From Bdellovibrionales bacterium (GTDB lineage Archaea; Nanobdellota; Nanobdellia; Woesearchaeales; UBA583), in contig CAXPJQ010000059.1 in NCBI GenBank assembly GCA_964217375.1, positions 11,208 through 75,207 on the forward strand: 64,000 nucleotides of DNA. The letters are read 5' to 3'. Under the pieces are notes generated by a model. That model was not told the DNA's origin, did not search any database, and was given only the letters and a program-made list of their open reading frames with translations. Position 1 is the stretch's first letter; each line of letters begins with the position of its first letter. This document shows positions 45,850-54,246 of the stretch, piece by piece. Both the position numbers and the translations under genes were made by a program.

Positions 45850-46617
45850 TTATCTGTTTATTCTCTCTTCAAGAGTTTTTCCAAAATCATCTATAAAAGT
45901 AATCATTTCATCTGAGAAAGTCTTTGGAATATTATTTAATTCTCTTTGTTGTTCAAGTGCTTCTTCAAGTTCTTTTTTATTTTTTAATGTACTTACTCCT
46001 TTTGGTAAGTTATGAACAACAGATACTATTTGATCAAATTCCTCATAAGTCATATCAAATCTAGGTTTAGGTGGATTTTTACTCTCTTGATATTCAATAG
46101 AGTCACTTAATCCCATAACTGGAGAATAGCTTAGAGCAAGATGATTTGGAAAAAGATGAGGTACAACAATTTCAAAATATGGTGTGTTAATTCCAATTCC
46201 TGAATTTAGAGTTAAATATGCTCCAGACATTTCATTTCTCCCTTTTGGAATTCCTTTTACTCTCTTATATCTTGGCGAATCTAAATCATCTCCTGGAAAT
46301 TCTAAAAAAGTAACCTCTTCTTGAAAGGGTAATATCTGATCAAAAATCAATCCATATTTATGTGTTGATAGGTGATTTTGAGTATGTTGTAAAGATCTAT
46401 AAAAATCAAGAGTGTTGACATATTCAAAACCTTCATGATAAAGAGTTTCCCTTAGAGGATTTACACCACAACCTTCGTTTAAGTAAGAACAAAACATTTG
46501 TTCATTACCTGTTTCTATATCAAGTAAGTTTGAGAGTCCTTGTACTTCAAGTACTTTTATGAAACGAACAGGCGTATCTAAAAATTTCTCTTCTATCTTT
46601 GTTTGTATTAATTCCAT
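45850..46617 (-). CDS. hypothetical protein
   Basis: 255-aa ORF with no recognised motifs. It sits in the same co-directional string. Confidence 0.3.
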   Translation of the reverse strand: MELIQTKIEEKFLDTPVRFIKVLEVQGLSNLLDIETGNEQMFCSYLNEGCGVNPLRETLYHEGFEYVNTLDFYRSLQHTQNHLSTHKYGLIFDQILPFQEEVTFLEFPGDDLDSPRYKRVKGIPKGRNEMSGAYLTLNSGIGINTPYFEIVVPHLFPNHLALSYSPVMGLSDSIEYQESKNPPKPRFDMTYEEFDQIVSVVHNLPKGVSTLKNKKELEEALEQQRELNNIPKTFSDEMITFIDDFGKTLEERINR

Positions 46618-46620
46618 ATT

Positions 46621-47169
46621 TTATTTTTTCTCTCTTGAGCTATCAATTTTTTCTGCAATTCTCTGAGCTTCTCTATATTGGTTTGGTGTATTATTTTGAT
46701 TTCCTAATGAATTAAGTAATTTTTTTATTAATTCTCTGGAACTATTTCCTGAAGTTAAACCACTAATAGACTCAATTCTCCCATTTACATTATCAATAGT
46801 ATCTTCCAAACCTGGTGCTACTTGAGTTGAAAAATAATGTGCTTGGGCATCACCATATAACCATGGAAAAACTGGCAACTTATTTTCTCCTAAAAGAGCT
46901 TTTTCTCCAGTCTCTAATTGAATAGTATCAAAAAAACCATCACAGTTTGTATCATAAAAATTCGTACTATTTTTAATCTCAATTGAATTAATACAATAAT
47001 TTGATCTATCTGTTGTATATGTAACTTGTGTGTTATCTCCAATACTCATTTTGTATTGCTCTACTTCTTTTGCATCTAAACTTGCTGAATTTAATGCAAG
47101 TAGAGATGTTCCTAATATTTTTGTTAATTTTTTCATTTTTCTTTGTAAATTATAGTAGTAATTAAACAT
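46621..47169 (-). CDS. small secreted protein (signal peptide; probable start at 'MKKLTKILG')
   Basis: 'MKKLTKILGTSLLALNSASLDA' is a signal peptide. Two Cys are present ('NYCINS', 'TNCDGF'). Confidence 0.35.
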   Translation of the reverse strand: MFNYYYNLQRKMKKLTKILGTSLLALNSASLDAKEVEQYKMSIGDNTQVTYTTDRSNYCINSIEIKNSTNFYDTNCDGFFDTIQLETGEKALLGENKLPVFPWLYGDAQAHYFSTQVAPGLEDTIDNVNGRIESISGLTSGNSSRELIKKLLNSLGNQNNTPNQYREAQRIAEKIDSSREKK

Positions 47170-47381
47170 ATTTAAAATTAAATTTATTATTTTTTACAAA
47201 AATCTAATAAGTTTTAATTTCAATTAGAGTTTTTACTAATGATGTAATAATTAGTAGTATCTAAAACTACTTTAATCAAGGTTTTCACTTTGCTGATTAC
47301 TATTATTTATATTGTAAATATTAATAGTAACTTAAACTATATTAAATTAAATTGAGTTTTTTCTACAATTTTGGTTAAATA

Positions 47382-47840
47382 TTATTTCAATTTATTAAAT
47401 TCTCTTTCTATAATTGAGGTTAATCCTTTAATTTTTTGGACTCCTTCTTTGTAAGGTAAGTTCATATCAATATCTGAAACTATAAGTTCAACTCCATTAT
47501 CATCAATATAGTCATATTCATCTGCAAACTGAAAAATTGGAGAGTAACCTTGATTTTTCAATTCTTTTTCAATATTTGAAATAGTTAAATATCCTTTGAT
47601 AATTTTATCCATGTAATGTCCTTTTTTTTCTTCATTAATTCCATTATTATTGAGATAATTTATTTCTAAAATAAGAACTTTCTGTCGCTCAAAAAGTTCA
47701 AAATGCATATAACCCTGATCTACATCTAATGAAGGATTTCTATAATAAGTTAAACCATTTCCGTGGTCCCCTACAAGTTTAAATCCTAATTGCTCTAATG
47801 TGTGATATACACCTATTGGCGTTATTTGTTTGTTTTCCAT
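47382..47840 (-). CDS. hypothetical protein
   Basis: 152-aa ORF. It is the first gene of the minus-strand string and is divergent from the Lrp gene. Confidence 0.3.
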   Translation of the reverse strand: MENKQITPIGVYHTLEQLGFKLVGDHGNGLTYYRNPSLDVDQGYMHFELFERQKVLILEINYLNNNGINEEKKGHYMDKIIKGYLTISNIEKELKNQGYSPIFQFADEYDYIDDNGVELIVSDIDMNLPYKEGVQKIKGLTSIIEREFNKLK

Positions 47841-47941
47841 TGTAATGATAAGTAGTAACTAAAAATACTTAAAACCATTTTTTTAGAGTTAGAATTTTAT
47901 AACAATTAAATTTATAAATTGGTAAATATGTACTAAAATAT

Positions 47942-48910
47942 ATGAAATTAGATAAAAAAGATACATTATTATTAGAAATTTTAGAAACAAATTACAGAAC
48001 TACTAATTCGGAAATTGCTAAAAAGCTCAATATTAGTAAACAAAATGTGGAATATAGAATAAAAAAACTCGAAAAAGAAGAAATTATTTCCGGATATTAT
48101 CCTGTTTTAAATTTTGGAAAACTTGGGTATTTTTATATAAGAATTACATTCTCACTTCAGCATATGCTTGAAAATAAAAAAAATGAATTATTCCAATATC
48201 TTAAAAATAAAGAAGAATTTTTTTGGGTATTTCATCTCTCAGGTCCTTGTGACATTGGAGCTGCTCTTTTAGTTAAAGATTTTAAAACGTATAAAGAAAA
48301 AATCAATGAGTTATATGACAAATTTGGAGAATATATCTCAAATCAAGAAGAAACCATAATGACAACTCTAAGGTATTATTCATATCCATATTCTAAAGAG
48401 AATTCGAAAAGATTACTTTGTTCTCAACAAACTCCATCCTCAGAAATTATTAGTTTAGATGAAACAGATGAAATGATATTTAAGAGCCTTTGTTCTGATA
48501 AAAGACTCTCAGTTGTTGAAATTTCAAATACTTTAAATTTAACTTCAAAAATTATTTCTTATAGAATTAAAAAAATGATTGAACAAGAAATAATTTTAGC
48601 ATTTAGGGCAATTATTGATTATAAGAAAATAGGTTTTGAATATTATAAATTATTTATTAAATTGTCATCTTATGATTCTTCTAAAGTTAAAGACTTTAAA
48701 AAATTCTTAGCATCTCATAATAAAGTATTATATGAAGTTGAAGCAATTGGAATTAGTGATAAAATTGATATTGAAGTTTTAGTTTCAAGTAATTCTGAAT
48801 TACTTGAATTTCAAGATGAATTACGTAGAGAGTTTCCTGAACTAATTGTTTCTTTTGAAACTATGATTTTTAGAGAAAATATAAAAACAAGTTACTTTCC
48901 TAAAAATTAA
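47942..48910 (+). CDS. tandem-duplicated Lrp/AsnC-family transcriptional regulator (two HTH_AsnC + RAM modules)
   Basis: HTH 1 'LLEILETNYRTTNSEIAKKLNISKQNVEYRIKKLEKEEII'. HTH 2 'DEMIFKSLCSDKRLSVVEISNTLNLTSKIISYRIKKMIEQEII'. 322 aa. Confidence 0.6.
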   Translation: MKLDKKDTLLLEILETNYRTTNSEIAKKLNISKQNVEYRIKKLEKEEIISGYYPVLNFGKLGYFYIRITFSLQHMLENKKNELFQYLKNKEEFFWVFHLSGPCDIGAALLVKDFKTYKEKINELYDKFGEYISNQEETIMTTLRYYSYPYSKENSKRLLCSQQTPSSEIISLDETDEMIFKSLCSDKRLSVVEISNTLNLTSKIISYRIKKMIEQEIILAFRAIIDYKKIGFEYYKLFIKLSSYDSSKVKDFKKFLASHNKVLYEVEAIGISDKIDIEVLVSSNSELLEFQDELRREFPELIVSFETMIFRENIKTSYFPKN

Positions 48911-48945
48911 GTTCTTTTTATAAATTGTAAAAATATCTACATATT

Positions 48946-49653
48946 ATGAAAAAAGAAATTCTAAAAAATGCAGTTGATCCTAAGCAGTATGATAATGATA
49001 ATATTTATTGGGAACACAATCCTGAAAAAAATTTAATTATTCAAGATTTTTATTTTAGTCATCTTCTAAAATTTAAAGAAATATGGAAAAATAGGAATAT
49101 TTTAGAAATTGGTTGTGGTAATGGCTGGTTATTAAAAAAACTCTTAAAATATAAAGTAAAATCCATTGAAGGTATTGAGCCTTCCGTTCAAAATAATCAA
49201 TATCTTAAAAAAATACCTAATATAAATTTTTCAAATAATACATTAGATACATTTCAAAGTAAAAAACAATATGATGTTATAATTTCAGTAATGGTTTTTG
49301 GTCATATAGAAAACTTAGAAAATGCTTTTGAAAAGTTAAAGTCAATGTTAACTGAGAATGGATCAATAATTATAATAGTTTCTTCCTTTGAATTTTATTC
49401 TCAAAAAAGAGAAAATAAAATAATTGAAAAAATAAATAATGAAGAGGTACTTATTCAGATAAATAGTGAAGTTTACCACATATCTGAAATTATAAGAAAA
49501 GTAGATGTATATGAAAAAGCTGCTAAGAAGATAGGATTAAAAATTGATGAAATCATTCCAATGAAACCTTCAAAAGAATTAATTAAATTATCCCCAAGCA
49601 TTGCTAAAAATAAGGATATTCCTACTCAGTATTTGATTAAGTTTTCAAAATAG
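48946..49653 (+). CDS. class I SAM-dependent methyltransferase
   Basis: 'NILEIGCGNGWLLKKL' is motif I (GxGxG), with an acidic residue after beta-2 in '…KSIEGIEPS'. Confidence 0.6.
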   Translation: MKKEILKNAVDPKQYDNDNIYWEHNPEKNLIIQDFYFSHLLKFKEIWKNRNILEIGCGNGWLLKKLLKYKVKSIEGIEPSVQNNQYLKKIPNINFSNNTLDTFQSKKQYDVIISVMVFGHIENLENAFEKLKSMLTENGSIIIIVSSFEFYSQKRENKIIEKINNEEVLIQINSEVYHISEIIRKVDVYEKAAKKIGLKIDEIIPMKPSKELIKLSPSIAKNKDIPTQYLIKFSK

Positions 49654-49689
49654 GATAAGTATTATAAATAAAGAAAATAATTACTAACT

Positions 49690-50133
49690 ATGGAAATTAG
49701 AGCTGCTAATCATAAAAAAGATTTTGACTTTTTTATGTCGACTTTTGAAGATTTATTTGTATCAAATATTGAAAATTGGAAACCTTCTAAAAAAAATAAA
49801 AAAAAATTTGAAAAAAATTTTTATTTTAGTAAAGGAAAAAAGCTAACTAAATTATTTATTGGAGAAATTGATAATATACAGGTAGGATACATTGAAGTTT
49901 TTATAATTAAAAATCCTTATACTAAATCAAATGAAGCTAAAATTTCTAAAGTTTATATTTTACCAAGATACCGAAATAAAGGACATTCAAGAAAATTAAT
50001 CGAAAAAGCAAAAGAATTTGCTAAAGAACATAACTGTGAAACAATTTATCTCAACTCTTTTCCAAATAATTTTGAACTCTATAAAAAACTGAGTTTTGAA
50101 CCAATTAGTTTTTGGATGAAATCAAAAGTATAA
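49690..50133 (+). CDS. GNAT-family N-acetyltransferase (paralog of 44597..45055)
   Basis: 'RYRNKGHSRKLIEKAKEFAKEH' is motif A. 'STFEDLFVSN' and 'ELYKKLSFEPISFWMKSKV' parallel the other copy. Confidence 0.6.
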   Translation: MEIRAANHKKDFDFFMSTFEDLFVSNIENWKPSKKNKKKFEKNFYFSKGKKLTKLFIGEIDNIQVGYIEVFIIKNPYTKSNEAKISKVYILPRYRNKGHSRKLIEKAKEFAKEHNCETIYLNSFPNNFELYKKLSFEPISFWMKSKV

Positions 50134-50134
50134 G

Positions 50135-51127
50135 TTAATTATCTCTTAAACTTTCAATCATTTTTTGAGTTAAAAAAACTTCTTTGTGTTCTTTAAGCAA
50201 CATCTCAAATGTGTAATCTTTAATTGAATTTCCTAATTGTTCTCTTAGATCCAATAAAATCTCATTAAAATGAATTCTATTTTTAGAATAAACTCCAAGT
50301 AATAAGTTATATGTTCCTGCCATAAATGTTGCAAAATAAATATTTTTATTTGAATGTAAATATTTAATTACCTCTTTAGAATTATAATTTTCTAATTGAA
50401 TTGAAATATAATATCCTTCCAAATTAAATTTTGTCACATCAATTACTATTGTGTATCCTAAAATAATTTTCTTATTTTCTAAATTTTTAATTCTAATTCT
50501 AATAATATCTTCACCTAAATTTATTTTTTGTGCAAGTTCAATGTTTTTGATTTTAGAATTTTTTGATAATTCACTTAGAATAATTATATCTTTTTCATCT
50601 AATTTTATTTGATTATAATTTTTTTCAAAAATAGATCCTTCTTTTAACTCAAAATTATTTTTTTCAATATCTAAAACTTGAGCTCTTGAGAATTCAATTT
50701 CTTGTGTATATAATGAAATTGAATGTTTTATTAAATCTTCTTTTAGGTATTTGAGTATATTCTCCACAATTTCTCCTAAATTTTTAGGATTTAGATATAA
50801 AATAGTAATTGTTAAATCATATATCCCACAAATTTCACCAAACCAATTCACAGAACTATGATTTTCAAGAAACTCTAAAAAATCTACATATTTTTCATTT
50901 GAATTTCTTTTTATTTTCACATTAAGAGTTGCAGCACCACTACAAAAAAAAGATTGATTCAATCTAGTAATGTATGATTTTATTACTTTTTCTTCTTCTA
51001 ATCTTTTAATTCTATAATTTACCACTTCTCTACTAGCTCTTACTGCTTTTGAGAGCTTAGTCAAAGGAATTTTTGAGTTTTGTTCTAATTCAAATAAAAT
51101 CTTTCTATCTAATAAATCTAATTTCAT
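50135..51127 (-). CDS. tandem-duplicated Lrp/AsnC-family transcriptional regulator (paralog of 47942..48910)
   Basis: HTH 1 'LDRKILFELEQNSKIPLTKLSKAVRASREVVNYRIKRLEEEKVI'. HTH 2 'DEKDIIILSELSKNSKIKNIELAQKINLGEDIIRIRIKNLENKKII'. Confidence 0.55.
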   Translation of the reverse strand: MKLDLLDRKILFELEQNSKIPLTKLSKAVRASREVVNYRIKRLEEEKVIKSYITRLNQSFFCSGAATLNVKIKRNSNEKYVDFLEFLENHSSVNWFGEICGIYDLTITILYLNPKNLGEIVENILKYLKEDLIKHSISLYTQEIEFSRAQVLDIEKNNFELKEGSIFEKNYNQIKLDEKDIIILSELSKNSKIKNIELAQKINLGEDIIRIRIKNLENKKIILGYTIVIDVTKFNLEGYYISIQLENYNSKEVIKYLHSNKNIYFATFMAGTYNLLLGVYSKNRIHFNEILLDLREQLGNSIKDYTFEMLLKEHKEVFLTQKMIESLRDN

Positions 51128-51223
51128 ATAGTTAATAATCTAATAAATTATATAAAACTTTAGATTTTTGTAAAAAATAAAAAATTTAATTTTAAATATA
51201 TTTAATTACTACTTATTGATATT

Positions 51224-52111
51224 ATGGAATTAAATCAAATACAAAGATATGGAATCACTGAAAATTTAGATGTTTTAAATCAAAAAATTGATTTAAATTT
51301 ACTAACTCAAAATTTATCTACTGTAGCAAAAAATAGATTATTACTTAATATTGGAGGATATAATCCTCAAATTATTGATGAATTTGGAATTGAATATACA
51401 CAAGAGCAATATGATTCTCATTTCTGGAATACTAGTAGTGTTCCTGACATGATATATGGTGGATCAAAAGAAATTATTGGGGAAAAAATATTATACTCTT
51501 CAGAAGTTTCAAAGTTTGAACAAGAACTTACAAATGGAGATTTAGCTAGACTTCTTAGTTCATTTAAAGATACCCTAGTTAGTGATGATCAAAATACTTG
51601 TCCTCATTATCTAAAAGGTTATGGTAGATTAGATATAGATACTCTTGAGAAATATTGTAATCAAAAAAGACTTTTGACAAGAGATATTAAATTAGTAGGA
51701 TTTGATGAAGAAAAAACTAATATTTCAATGATTTATCAAATATTTGGAAATATTCCAGTTACATCCTCTGGAAGAAATGCCTGGGAAAGAAATAACCAAC
51801 ATGATAGAATAAGAAGAGAAGAATATTCAGATGAAAAGCTTAAAGAGAAAATTTTAGGTGGAGTATTACATAAAAAAGATTCCAATTATTATAGGCAATG
51901 TAGAAAATCAAAAATAGAATATAATGAAGAAGATGTTCCAAAATTAGAATTTAGTGAGTTAAAAACACTAACTCAGAAAAGAGCTTTAATGTATTTAAAA
52001 TTTAGAGAACAAGGATTAAAAGAATTACCTCAAGAATATATTGATCTAGAAACAAAAAGGTTGAAATCATTAGAAAGAGCAAAAACTCTAGAGAATAAAT
52101 TATTTTCTTAA
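51224..52111 (+). CDS. hypothetical protein
   Basis: 295-aa ORF with no motifs. Confidence 0.3.
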   Translation: MELNQIQRYGITENLDVLNQKIDLNLLTQNLSTVAKNRLLLNIGGYNPQIIDEFGIEYTQEQYDSHFWNTSSVPDMIYGGSKEIIGEKILYSSEVSKFEQELTNGDLARLLSSFKDTLVSDDQNTCPHYLKGYGRLDIDTLEKYCNQKRLLTRDIKLVGFDEEKTNISMIYQIFGNIPVTSSGRNAWERNNQHDRIRREEYSDEKLKEKILGGVLHKKDSNYYRQCRKSKIEYNEEDVPKLEFSELKTLTQKRALMYLKFREQGLKELPQEYIDLETKRLKSLERAKTLENKLFS

Positions 52112-52373
52112 AATTTAGATTGAAAATAAATCACTTCCTTGTTTCATAAATTAAAGCATGTGAATAATCTCTCCCATCTCTTTGAATTTCATGAAAGTGA
52201 CTTTGAACCCTTAACTCAAATTAATATTTATTCAAATTTTGTATCAACTATTGTATGGTCAAAAGAACCTATAGGAACTCTAATTGAAAATGAAGAAGTT
52301 GCAAATAGTTATAAAAAATATTTTGACATTCTTTGGAAACAAAGTAAAAAATAAAAATTTATTTTTCTTAAAT

Positions 52374-53189
52374 TCACCCAAAAGCCTCATATTTTTTCAA
52401 GCCAATTTTCCAATTAATAATCAATCCAAAAAATGAAATTAAAAAAAATATTATAAAAAATAGAATTTGTAATTTTAAATTATAAATCTCGCTTCCTCTT
52501 AAAATTGGAATTATTATTGAAGAAACAATAAAAGTTGGAATTAAAAGTAAAAATAATTTTATTTTTAACTTTGAGAAAAATTGAAAGGGGTAAGATTGAG
52601 CCATATCTGAAATACTAAAGTAAAATATTGAAAGTAGTACTTCACCTAATTTTAAAAAATAAAAAGCAAAAGAAGATAAAAAATGATACCATAAAACTAA
52701 GATTACTAATAGGAATATAAAAAATAAAACTAAAATGAATAATGAAAATAAAGTAATTTTAATATAAAATAATAAAAAAGTTACAATTAAAGAATATATT
52801 GTAACTGGAATTATTGTGTTAAATGAAAAACCTAAAATGTAATTTAAAAATACATTCCCTGGTTTTGATAAATAAGTATTAAGTGAGCCTTCCTTTAATT
52901 TATATGATAATCCTTTATTATAGACAAAAAAACCTGAGATATCATTTGCTAGCTGAACTATGTAATATAGTAATAAAAAGTCAATAAAATTCCACCCAAT
53001 TATATCTCCAAAGTTCTCAGAAAAAATAAAACTAAAAGAAACAAATGCAATTGCTAAAAACAATTCAATTAAAATTAAATTATATAAATTTGTTTTAAAT
53101 TCAATTAAAGATTTAAAACTAATTTTAAAATTTTCAAAAAAATAAATTAAATAATGTTTAAATCCTAAACTCATAAATAAAAAATACAA
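52374..53189 (-). CDS. ABC-2/DUF990-like permease paralog (orphan copy, 12 kb from the array)
   Basis: 'SLIEFKTNLY', 'GSLNTYLSKPGNVFLNY', and C-terminal 'NWKIGLKKYEAFG*'. The same 3' DNA repeat 'ccaaaagcctcatatttttt' is present. Confidence 0.6.
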   Translation of the reverse strand: MYFLFMSLGFKHYLIYFFENFKISFKSLIEFKTNLYNLILIELFLAIAFVSFSFIFSENFGDIIGWNFIDFLLLYYIVQLANDISGFFVYNKGLSYKLKEGSLNTYLSKPGNVFLNYILGFSFNTIIPVTIYSLIVTFLLFYIKITLFSLFILVLFFIFLLVILVLWYHFLSSFAFYFLKLGEVLLSIFYFSISDMAQSYPFQFFSKLKIKLFLLLIPTFIVSSIIIPILRGSEIYNLKLQILFFIIFFLISFFGLIINWKIGLKKYEAFG

Positions 53190-53213
53190 TTATTTTATTT
53201 AAATGTTTTTCAA

Positions 53214-53261
53214 ATCCAAAATAAATATAATTCAAAACATCATGAAATTGATTTATAATGA
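53214..53261. repeat. direct repeat copy A (48 nt); partner at 54122..54168
   Basis: 'atccaaaataaatataattcaaaacatcatgaaattgatttataatga' matches the second copy 'atccaaaataaatataatccaaaacatcatgaaattgattataatga' with one substitution and one 1-nt indel. Confidence 0.6.
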
Positions 53262-53274
53262 ATTAGAAAAATTA

Positions 53275-53613
53275 CTATAAAAGATCACTGCTAATCGTAT
53301 ATATTAATGCCTTTTGATTTTCTTCGTCTATTATTTGATATGCATATAAAAATTTACCTCCTGGTACAACCCCGCATTCAAATAATTGTTCCTCTTCAGG
53401 TTTTTTTCCTATTAATGCTTCTATACCTCTACCTTCTGAAAATTCTCTCCTGTCTTCAGTTTTTGAAGGATTGTATAATGGCCTCAGGTCCTCATTATTA
53501 GAAGAAGGACCCCAGATGTTTAATCCATCCATTCCTTTATAACTTAAAACCTCATTAATACGATCTTTAGGAGTTTGAGTTTCACTTTTTTTCATTGAAG
53601 TAAATTTTTCCAT
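53275..53613 (-). CDS. hypothetical protein
   Basis: 112-aa ORF located between the direct-repeat copies. Confidence 0.3.
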   Translation of the reverse strand: MEKFTSMKKSETQTPKDRINEVLSYKGMDGLNIWGPSSNNEDLRPLYNPSKTEDRREFSEGRGIEALIGKKPEEEQLFECGVVPGGKFLYAYQIIDEENQKALIYTISSDLL

Positions 53614-53914
53614 AATAATATTAATAATAAATATTTTATAAAGTTTTTTCTTTTGTTACTATTAGTGACAACACCTATATTGTCTAGAAATTTTAGAATA
53701 TCTAATTAATTCAAAAAAAGAAAACTATATAAATAGGTAAAACGATATATTTCTCTTGATGAAATTCACTAACTCTAAAATTAATTTGAATTTAAACTTA
53801 TTAGTCTTAGTTTTAGTATTTTCTATTTTAAATTAAGTCCCATCCAACTAATAAGAATTTAGAATGGTTGGGGCTCTATAAATTAACTATTTCTAAATTC
53901 ATAAATTTAAAAAA

Positions 53915-54199
53915 ATGAATAAAGTAAATCTAGAAGAATATGTAAGAAGTAATGATATGAAATTCATAATGAAGAAAAACTCTTCAACTACAAATATTAG
54001 TAATATACTTGGAGTTCTATTAAATGATATGGGCCAAAATTTAGATGACTCTCAAAGTTATATTAGAGCAATTAAACATCTACAAGAATATCAAATTCAA
54101 GGTTGTCATACTCTTAATTGTATCCAAAATAAATATAATCCAAAACATCATGAAATTGATTATAATGATGTAAATTCAAACATTCAAAGATATCATTAA
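53915..54199 (+). CDS. hypothetical small protein; its 3' end contains direct-repeat copy B
   Basis: 94-aa ORF. The C-terminus '…IQNKYNPKHHEIDYND' is encoded by the repeat. Copy A reads in a different, disrupted frame. Confidence 0.25.
   Translation: MNKVNLEEYVRSNDMKFIMKKNSSTTNISNILGVLLNDMGQNLDDSQSYIRAIKHLQEYQIQGCHTLNCIQNKYNPKHHEIDYNDVNSNIQRYH
54122..54168. repeat. direct repeat copy B (47 nt); partner at 53214..53261
   Basis: See copy A. The copies are about 908 bp apart. Confidence 0.6.
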
Positions 54200-54246
54200 T
54201 TAAATATAATCACAATATTTAAATAATAAAAAAAATAATTTTTTTT

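Noticed and set aside
28291-53189. Calling the accessory block a mobile genetic element or genomic island proper
   Set aside because: No integrase, transposase, conjugation or phage gene is visible in the window. The tRNA-Lys is about 6 kb outside the block. The only boundary-like signals are the 53.2/54.1 kb direct repeats, so the block is reported as an accessory or expansion region only.
53842-53880. Locally GC-richer hairpin 'cccatccaac…ggttgggg' in the 53.6-53.9 kb spacer as a possible small ncRNA
   Set aside because: There is only a 5-6 bp imperfect stem with a 17-nt loop and no tRNA, RNase P or SRP-like features. The support is insufficient.
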